Assembly (NCBI GenBank): GCA_031372065.1
Contig: JANMKN010000293.1
Location: forward strand, 1 to 11,441
Direction: 5' to 3'
DNA: 11,441 nucleotides
DNA from: Abditibacteriaceae bacterium
GTDB taxonomy: Bacteria > Armatimonadota > Abditibacteriia > Abditibacteriales > Abditibacteriaceae
Shown: positions 1-5,947 of the stretch, in pieces
How the letters are laid out: every line of letters starts with the position of its first letter
Position numbering within the stretch: position 1 is the stretch's first letter
The notes under the pieces: model-generated
What the model saw: the letters and a program-made list of their open reading frames with translations, nothing else
The model's database searches: none
Told to the model about the DNA's origin: nothing
Position numbers and translations under genes: made by a program

Positions 1-1177
1 GACGGCGATTTTAGCCGTTTTAGCCGGTATGACGGCGCTTTCGATTGACATCTGTGTTCCAGCCAAAAGCGCCTTGCAGAAATTCTTTGCACTGCCGGGC
101 GAAATGTTAAGTGCTGGGGCCGTCGGCCCGGTTATTAGTGCCTTTTTAGCCGGTTATGCTGGCGGACAACTGATTTGTGGCCCTATCGCCGACCGCATTG
201 GGCGGCGCCCGGTGTTGCTCTGGGGCTTGCTGATTTTTACCTTAGCGGGGTTTGCTTGCACTTGGAGCCAAACGCTGCAACAGCTTATCTTTTTTCGCTT
301 CGTGCAAGGCTTAAGCGGCAGCGTCGGGCCGACTTTGGCGCGGGCTATGGTGCGCGATAAATACAGTCGTCAGGAAGCGGCGGGCGTGCTGTCGCAGATT
401 ACACAAGCGATGATTTTGGCGCCGGTTCTGGCGCCGATTTTAGGCGCGCAGCTCTTAAAATTCGGCTGGCGAGCCGTTTTTGCCGCGCTTGGTGTCATCG
501 GCGTCTATTTGGTGCTTGTGTGCGTGCTGAAATTGCCCGAAACGTTAGCAAAGCGCGAAGAAGGCGATGTAACGGGACGCGTTATCCAAAACTTTCGCAC
601 CGTTTTCGCGCATCGTGGCAGCCGTCCTTATATTTTTGCGGTTGGTTTTTCGTATTCCGGTTTGTTCGCTTATATTTTGGGTTCGCCCGATGTTTTTATG
701 GAAAAAGGCTTCGGTTTGGAGCCGCAACGCTATAGTTTCCTGTTCGCGATAATCGCGTTTTCCTTGATGGTGGGCGCGACGATTAATCGCAAGCTGTTGC
801 CGAGTTTGGGCGCCTTGAGACTTTTGCGGCGCGGCGCGATGACGCTTTTCGTTTCCGGCGCCGCGCTTTTGGCTCTGGCCTGGCTTTATCCGAGTATTAT
901 CGGCGTCACAGTGCCGATGATGGGCTATTTGTTCGCGTTGGGGCTTGTGGCACCGAACGCGACGGCGTTGGCGATGGAGCCGCACGGCAAATTAGCGGGC
1001 GTGGTTTCTTCGATTATCGGCTTCATTCAAACCGCCGGTGGCGCGGTGGCGGGCCAAGTCGTCAACCATTTTTTTGAAGGTTCGCCCAAATCCTTGGCCG
1101 CTGTCGTGGCTTTTTTAGCCACGATGACCGTGCTGATCGTCAGCCGCGCCACGTTACACGAAGAAGTAGCCGCTTAA
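1..1177 (+). CDS. Bcr/CflA-family (DHA1) MFS multidrug efflux transporter, 5' end outside window
   Basis: About 12 hydrophobic segments; MFS motif A (GPIADRIGRRPVLL); 'LSIDICVPA' resembles the Bcr/CflA 'siDmYlPAlp' motif; FRFVQG and ARAMVRD motifs. The frame is open back to the window edge (TAILAVLAG before the ATG at 29), so the true start is probably upstream. Confidence 0.88.
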   Translation, partial: TAILAVLAGMTALSIDICVPAKSALQKFFALPGEMLSAGAVGPVISAFLAGYAGGQLICGPIADRIGRRPVLLWGLLIFTLAGFACTWSQTLQQLIFFRFVQGLSGSVGPTLARAMVRDKYSRQEAAGVLSQITQAMILAPVLAPILGAQLLKFGWRAVFAALGVIGVYLVLVCVLKLPETLAKREEGDVTGRVIQNFRTVFAHRGSRPYIFAVGFSYSGLFAYILGSPDVFMEKGFGLEPQRYSFLFAIIAFSLMVGATINRKLLPSLGALRLLRRGAMTLFVSGAALLALAWLYPSIIGVTVPMMGYLFALGLVAPNATALAMEPHGKLAGVVSSIIGFIQTAGGAVAGQVVNHFFEGSPKSLAAVVAFLATMTVLIVSRATLHEEVAA

Positions 1178-1215
1178 AAGGCCAAAAACGGCTGTTTTAT
1201 GCGTGATTGGAGCAT

Positions 1216-1462
1216 AAAAGCCGTTTAAAATCGCCGAAAAGCCTTTTCATATCGCTGAAAACCGATTCAATATCGGCAAAATGCCTTTTAATATCGGCGA
1301 AAAGCCTTTTAATCTCGCTAAAATGCCTTTTAATATTGGCGAAACTCGATTCAATATCGGCGAAAAGCCTTTTAATATTGGCGAAACTCGATTTAATATC
1401 GGTAAAAAGCCTTTTAATATCGGCGATATTAAAAGGCTTTTCGCCGATATTAAATCGGTTTT
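1216..1462. repeat. Degenerate 21-bp tandem repeat array (10 forward units plus 2 inverted units), consensus AAAAGCCTTTTAATATCGGCG
   Basis: Forward units start at 1216, 1237, 1258, 1279, 1300, 1321, 1342, 1363, 1384 and 1405 in exact 21-nt register. Segments 1421-1441 and 1442-1462 are reverse-complement units. Confidence 0.95.
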
Positions 1463-1505
1463 AGCTCGCACACGCGGCGTTTCATTAAGCCGGAGGCGCA
1501 AATAG

Positions 1506-1541
1506 AAAAGCGCCGAAAGCAATGGCTTTCGGCGCTTTTTT
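1506..1541. terminator. Bidirectional Rho-independent terminator between convergent genes
   Basis: AAAAGCGCCGAAAGC-AATG-GCTTTCGGCGCTTTTTT: a perfect inverted repeat flanked by A and T tracts, 18 nt past the stop of the minus-strand gene at 1559. Confidence 0.85.
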
Positions 1542-1558
1542 CGTTCAGTCTCCTGTTT

Positions 1559-2074
1559 TTATTTTTCGGCTTTGCCGGTGAAACCGGCTTTGGAAAGCGC
1601 GTCCATCACGGCTTTGGCGTTGAAATCGCCTTCGACTTTAAAGGTATCGGCGTGGGCAGTGATGGTGTCGCTTTTCACGCCGTCCACCGATTTGATCGCC
1701 TTGCGCGCCGCGTTGACACAAGCGCCGCAGCACATATGCGTGCCCGAAACCGTGAGCGAAGTCACTTTTTCATCCGCCGCCGTGCCCGCGTTTACTTTGA
1801 CCGCCTCGTTATCGCTGGTGCCGGAATAGCCAGCAGCGACAAGCGCGTCCACAGCTTTTTGCAAGTCTTCGGTTTTTTCGGCGTTGAAGCTGATTTTGTT
1901 GCCTTCCAGCGCCGCCGTCACGCCGGGCACAGTGCCCGCCGCTTTCTTGATGCCATTGGCGCAGCCGCCACAGCAATTGTGCAAGCCACTAACAGTGACT
2001 TTTTCGTCGGCCTGCGCTACAGCAGCGCAAGCCAGCAAAGACAGGGTGAGAAGAATTCGTTTCATGGTGTTCAT
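1559..2074 (-). CDS. Exported protein with two tandem HMA-like (heavy-metal-associated) domains
   Basis: Signal peptide MKRILLTLSLLACAAVAQA (alternative start 2065). Two homologous repeats, ADEKVTVSGLHNCCGGCANGIKKA and ADEKVTSLTVSGTHMCCGACVNAARKA, each ending in AL(V/S)(A/K)AG(Y/F), typical of the HMA fold. Confidence 0.78.
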   Translation of the reverse strand: MNTMKRILLTLSLLACAAVAQADEKVTVSGLHNCCGGCANGIKKAAGTVPGVTAALEGNKISFNAEKTEDLQKAVDALVAAGYSGTSDNEAVKVNAGTAADEKVTSLTVSGTHMCCGACVNAARKAIKSVDGVKSDTITAHADTFKVEGDFNAKAVMDALSKAGFTGKAEK

Positions 2075-2126
2075 TAGAGCCTAAAGCGGCGCAAGCGTTG
2101 CAAACAGGGGCAAACTTTCACAACTA

Positions 2127-2783
2127 TTATTGATAAGGCTTTAGCAGGCCAAGCACTATCAGTGTGACCTGTTTACATTTGGCGCGCACTTTGGAATCTA
2201 TGACAAGTTCATAATCTGATTTACCCCACAGGTCAATACTGAGATTTGAAAAACTGAGATGGCGCCAATAATAATCGGGCAATTCATAAAGTGACTTCTC
2301 TAATTTCTCGTAGCGCTGCACTCGCTGTGCCTCTGCCGCGTTGCGTGCGTAGTAACTACCTTTACCCATTTCCAAACCAGAGGAAACTTTCTTCATTTCA
2401 GTCATGATAGCTGCGTTTTTGGCCTTTATGTTCTTGTAAATTGTTGTCGTGAGAAAGTTATCAATGCGCAAAATCAATTCGTAATGTGAGAGCGGCGCCG
2501 GTTTTTCAGGTTTTTCATTGGGATCAGGCGCCGGTGCAGAAATGACAGGCCGCGAATACATTGCAATTGGCTTTAAACGCCGAATTTTTATAGTCGCCCA
2601 CCGAGTTTGATCTGTCCAGCCCGCTTCATATTTAGCCGCCCACCCCGACGGTAAATTTTTCTGCATTAATGCCACAAGAGTTTTGGCATCCGCATCAATC
2701 TGTTGTCTGACCCTCACCGTTTTAGAAGGAGCCGCTTGAGCATGACTGACTAACAAGCAAAGAAAAAGAATCGCAGCGCGCAT
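2127..2783 (-). CDS. Hypothetical secreted protein
   Basis: 218-aa ORF; signal peptide MRAAILFLCLLVSHAQA; SD AGGAGG 4 nt before the ATG; 15 nt downstream of the preceding gene. No recognisable domain. Confidence 0.7.
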   Translation of the reverse strand: MRAAILFLCLLVSHAQAAPSKTVRVRQQIDADAKTLVALMQKNLPSGWAAKYEAGWTDQTRWATIKIRRLKPIAMYSRPVISAPAPDPNEKPEKPAPLSHYELILRIDNFLTTTIYKNIKAKNAAIMTEMKKVSSGLEMGKGSYYARNAAEAQRVQRYEKLEKSLYELPDYYWRHLSFSNLSIDLWGKSDYELVIDSKVRAKCKQVTLIVLGLLKPYQ

Positions 2784-2798
2784 TTTACCTCCTAAACC

Positions 2799-3974
2799 TC
2801 AATACAAAATCGTAAAACCGCCATCGGGCCGCGCAAAGGCGGCGGCGTAACTCCAAACGGGCAAGCCGTCGCGTTCGCCGGACGAATTGGGCACGCTTTT
2901 GCCAGCGTTGTCGAAAATCTGCCAGCGCAATTTGCCGCCGCGCGCCCAGGCGGTGTTTTCGTCCCAGACCAGCAAAGTTTGCCCTTCTCCGTTAGCAACT
3001 AAAGCCGGATGCTTGCGATTGGTGCCTTTGCCCGGCGCTTCGACGATGTTGGTTGCTTTCATCCCAGCATCCAGCGGCGAATAAAAAACGCGTTCTTCGC
3101 TTTCCCATGCGGCCAAAGTGACGCCGCCGCTTTTGTCGAGCGCGTAGCTGCTCATCGGGCAGGCGCCGATTTTCCAATCGTGAATCTTGCCGCCCGTAAA
3201 AGTCTGGCCGTTATCGGCGGAAACCAACGCAAAAGTGTCGCGATTGACGACATCGGTGGCGGCGCGATAAAGCACTGCCACTTTGCCGCCGTTTTCGGCC
3301 AGAATCTTTAACTGGCAGCAGCCGCACACGCCGGTTGGCTCGTTCCAAACCGACGATTCAGCACTAAAAGTTGCGCCGTCGTCCGACGATTTGGTGATCC
3401 ACACATGGCGTCCGCCTTCGTTTTGTCCGTCTTTGTCGTTCGCGTGCCAGACAGCGTAAAGGTGGCCTTCCTCGTCGGCGCCGAGCGAACCGCCGCCATC
3501 GAGATTGAAAGTCTTCGTCATCAAATTGCGTTGCGATTCAAACGCGCTGCCATCCTCTTTGAGGCGCGCGAAAAGATAAGGTGAGGCGCCATATTTCTTG
3601 GCGCTTTCGGGCACCCACGAGTTGCGCGGCAACGCATCGCCAGAGCCGTTCCACGCCACAAAAACGCGCCCATTTTTGCCCACCGCGATTTGCGCGCCGC
3701 GAATGGTGCCCATCGCAATGGCACTGCCCGCCTGCGAATTGACGCGCAGCGGCGCACTCCACGTTTGTCCCCAATCGGCGGAGCGTTGATACCATACATC
3801 ACAAGCGCGCGGCTCGCCTTTGAGAAAGACCAAATGCAGCGCGCCATTTTTGCTGACGATTTGTGGCTGCATGGCCCCGTTTGGCAAGCGCGCCAGCGTC
3901 ACATCCGGCGCCGCTTGCACGCAGCCACACAGCAATAAAACGAGAAAAAAACCGACAACACGAAGATTAAACAT
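2799..3974 (-). CDS. Secreted BNR/Asp-box (sialidase-like beta-propeller) protein
   Basis: Signal peptide ending VQA. Three Asp-boxes (SADWGQTWS, SSDDGATFS, SADNGQTFT). VCGCC and WKIGACPM motifs. SD GGAGG at 3979-3983. Confidence 0.82.
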   Translation of the reverse strand: MFNLRVVGFFLVLLLCGCVQAAPDVTLARLPNGAMQPQIVSKNGALHLVFLKGEPRACDVWYQRSADWGQTWSAPLRVNSQAGSAIAMGTIRGAQIAVGKNGRVFVAWNGSGDALPRNSWVPESAKKYGASPYLFARLKEDGSAFESQRNLMTKTFNLDGGGSLGADEEGHLYAVWHANDKDGQNEGGRHVWITKSSDDGATFSAESSVWNEPTGVCGCCQLKILAENGGKVAVLYRAATDVVNRDTFALVSADNGQTFTGGKIHDWKIGACPMSSYALDKSGGVTLAAWESEERVFYSPLDAGMKATNIVEAPGKGTNRKHPALVANGEGQTLLVWDENTAWARGGKLRWQIFDNAGKSVPNSSGERDGLPVWSYAAAFARPDGGFTILY

Positions 3975-4058
3975 GAGACCTCCAAAAGCAAAACGTTAGA
4001 GGAGTCTCAAATAATTTAGTTGTTTAGATTTTTCAGGCAGAGCCGCTTAAAAACACTA

Positions 4059-4826
4059 TCAACTTCCTACCACGCCTTCGAGTGGGCTACTCGCTGTGGC
4101 ATAAAGTTTTCTCGGAATGCGACCAGCGTGGCGCGCCAGATAGCCCGATTCGATGGCAAGTTTCATGGCGCGGGCCATCAAAAGCGGCTCTTTGGCACCG
4201 TAAATCGCGGTTTGCATCAAAACGGCATCGGCGCCCAGTTCCATCGCCAAAACCGCATCGCTGGCGGTGCCAACTCCGGCATCCACAATCACCGGAACGT
4301 TGGCTTTTTCGATGATGATTTGCAAATTTGTGGTGTTGCGAATGCCCAGTCCCGAACCAATCGGCGCCGCCAAAGGCATTACGGCGGCGCAGCCGATGTC
4401 TTCGAGTTTGCGGCAGACAATCGGGTCGTCAATGCAATAAGGCAAGACCACAAAGTCGTCTTTCACCAAAATACGCGCCGCTTCGAGCAAACCTTCGTTG
4501 TCGGGGAAAAGCGTATCCGCATCGCCAATGACTTCGAGTTTCACCCAGTTGGTGCCGAGTGCTTCGCGCGCCAATTGCGCCGTGAGAACAGCGTCTTTGA
4601 CGTTGTAGCACACCGCCGTATTGGGCAAGAGCGACAAGCCTTTCAAATAGTCCATCATTTGCTCGCCCGGCGTTTCGTTTTGCGGAATGCGCCGGATGGC
4701 AACGGTCACCAATTCCGAGCCGCTTTCGTCAATGCATTGGCGCATCAGCGGATAGGCCACACCTTTGCCGGTGCCGACCCATAAACGCGATTTAAATTCT
4801 TTTCCTGCAATCGTCAATGACTTCAT
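4059..4826 (-). CDS. thiG: Thiazole synthase ThiG (somewhat divergent)
   Basis: 255 aa from ATG 4826, with SD GAGG upstream. Hallmark motifs: [24 protein letters not shown] (catalytic Lys), [37 protein letters not shown]. Confidence 0.93.
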   Translation of the reverse strand: MKSLTIAGKEFKSRLWVGTGKGVAYPLMRQCIDESGSELVTVAIRRIPQNETPGEQMMDYLKGLSLLPNTAVCYNVKDAVLTAQLAREALGTNWVKLEVIGDADTLFPDNEGLLEAARILVKDDFVVLPYCIDDPIVCRKLEDIGCAAVMPLAAPIGSGLGIRNTTNLQIIIEKANVPVIVDAGVGTASDAVLAMELGADAVLMQTAIYGAKEPLLMARAMKLAIESGYLARHAGRIPRKLYATASSPLEGVVGS

Positions 4827-4847
4827 TCTTCGTTCCTCAAGTCCCAA

Positions 4848-5120
4848 CTATCGATGCAAATCGGCGCGTTCGGACACCATATTGTAAATGCGATTCAGCC
4901 CCGTTTCGGCATCAAGGCGCTCAGGCGTTGGGCCAATCAAATCGTAGCCTGTGCCGTTGATATAAGCACGCAAAACATACGCTTCCACGCTGGCACCCGC
5001 GCGTTGCGGCGCCTCTTCCGAAATGCGCGCAATCTCATCTTCAATCGCCACCGTTACGATTTCAAATCGCTCAATGTGGCTCAAATTATAAACACTCTCG
5101 TCACTGGCTCGAATTAACAT
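4848..5120 (-). CDS. Hypothetical protein (90 aa), probably co-transcribed with thiG
   Basis: SD AAGGAG 6 nt upstream of the ATG; ends 21 nt before the thiG start; plausible globular composition. Not ThiS, since it lacks a C-terminal GG. Confidence 0.7.
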   Translation of the reverse strand: MLIRASDESVYNLSHIERFEIVTVAIEDEIARISEEAPQRAGASVEAYVLRAYINGTGYDLIGPTPERLDAETGLNRIYNMVSERADLHR

Positions 5121-5140
5121 AAAAATCTCCTTGCAAGAAT

Positions 5141-5168
5141 ATTATAACGATCTTGACTTTTTGCACAA
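5141..5168 (-). promoter_or_regulatory. Putative sigma70 promoter of the hypothetical-thiG unit
   Basis: Minus-strand TTGTGC (5168-5163), 16 nt spacer, perfect TATAAT (5146-5141), just upstream of the SD of the 5120 ORF. Confidence 0.55.
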
Positions 5169-5181
5169 AATTTTGCACAAT
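5153..5181 (+). promoter_or_regulatory. Putative toxin-antitoxin promoter with overlapping YefM-type operator
   Basis: TTGACT (5153-5158), 17 nt spacer, CACAAT (5176-5181). Direct repeat TTTTGCACAA at 5159 and 5171 gives TGCACA cores 12 bp apart, resembling the TGTACA pair of the E. coli yefM-yoeB operator. Confidence 0.55.
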
Positions 5182-5285
5182 GTATTACCTAAAACACGAG
5201 GTTGGAGTTTTTCACTCTGTCTCCACCAAAAGCTGCGCGGAATAGCTTAGACCGCACTTACACAATCACCTCACAGGAGGATTTT

Positions 5286-5594
5286 ATGACACGAACATTG
5301 TCAATGGCGGAAGCGCGCAATAAGCTGACGCAGTTGCCGGACGAGTTCGCGCAAGATGCCGAAGCGGGCGCTGTGACCGTAACACGTCATGGGCGTGCGG
5401 TGTTGGCAATCATGCCCTTTGAACTTTACGATTCTATTGTGGAGACATTGGATGTGATGAGCGATCCTGAACTTGTTAATGCCCTGCGTCAGAGTATTCG
5501 CGAAGTCGCCCAAGGAGAAACCATTCCATGGGAAACAGCGAAGAAGGGTCTTCTGAAATCATCTGGCACATCGAAATCACCCCGCAAGCGTTGA
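5286..5594 (+). CDS. Type II antitoxin, Phd/YefM family
   Basis: SD AGGAGG at 5275-5280, ATG at 5286. The N-terminus MTRTLSMAEARNKLTQL...VTVTRHGRAVLAIMPFELYDSIVETL is the Phd/YefM signature. Confidence 0.9.
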   Translation: MTRTLSMAEARNKLTQLPDEFAQDAEAGAVTVTRHGRAVLAIMPFELYDSIVETLDVMSDPELVNALRQSIREVAQGETIPWETAKKGLLKSSGTSKSPRKR

Positions 5595-5905
5595 CGATGC
5601 TGGAAAGCATCAACGATATGCGCGTGCGGCGTATTTTGGTTGACACCATTGATGGTTTATCAATAAGTCCCGATTTGAAAGGCAAACTGCTGCAAGGCGA
5701 ATTTGCCGGTTATCGCTCCATCCGCGCAGCGGGTCAACGCTACCGGATTATTTACCGTTTGGATGAAGGCACGATTACTGTTTTAATCGTCGCCGCAGGC
5801 ATTCGGCGGGAAGGTGCGCGAACCGATATCTACCGTCTTGCTCAACGATTACTTCGTCTCGGCTTGGTAGAGATGCCAATTGAAGAGGAAGAATCCGATG
5901 ACTAA
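5528..5905 (+). CDS. Type II toxin, RelE/ParE superfamily (RelE/StbE-like)
   Basis: WHIEITPQA...GKLLQGEFAGYRSIRAAGQRYRIIY...VLIVAAGIRR is a RelE-type pattern; directly follows the antitoxin; AAGGAG at 5512-5517 precedes ATG 5528. Exact start is uncertain. Confidence 0.85.
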   Translation: MGNSEEGSSEIIWHIEITPQALTMLESINDMRVRRILVDTIDGLSISPDLKGKLLQGEFAGYRSIRAAGQRYRIIYRLDEGTITVLIVAAGIRREGARTDIYRLAQRLLRLGLVEMPIEEEESDD

Positions 5906-5947
5906 AAAGAGAGGCCCCGACATTATGTTGGGGCCTCTCTTTTTAGT
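5901..5947. terminator. Bidirectional Rho-independent terminator between toxin and aspS
   Basis: ACTAAAAAGAGAGGCCCCGACA-TTA-TGTTGGGGCCTCTCTTTTTAGT: ~22-bp stem with one mismatch (a G-U pair in the plus-strand RNA), filling the gap between two convergent stop codons. Confidence 0.9.

Noticed and set aside
1216..1462. CRISPR array
   Set aside because: The units are directly adjacent with no unique spacers, and there are no cas genes in the window.
1207..1522. Three overlapping heptad-repeat ORFs (1207..1464 +, 1281..1505 +, 1247..1522 -) resembling leucine-zipper peptides
   Set aside because: A 21-nt period keeps any stop-free frame open automatically. There is no convincing SD, and the mid-array inversion is better explained at nucleic-acid level. 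Translation is not strictly excluded.
4020..4784. 254-aa plus-strand ORF antisense to thiG
   Set aside because: Shadow ORF of a well-conserved gene with biased codon usage; no recognisable motifs.
4848..5200. ThiS or a TPP riboswitch upstream of thiG
   Set aside because: The 90-aa protein lacks the C-terminal Gly-Gly, no CUGAGA-containing aptamer is visible, and the predicted leader is too short.
5202..5285. N-terminal extension of the antitoxin given by the ORF track (TTG start)
   Set aside because: A perfect SD and the Phd family N-terminus point to ATG 5286.
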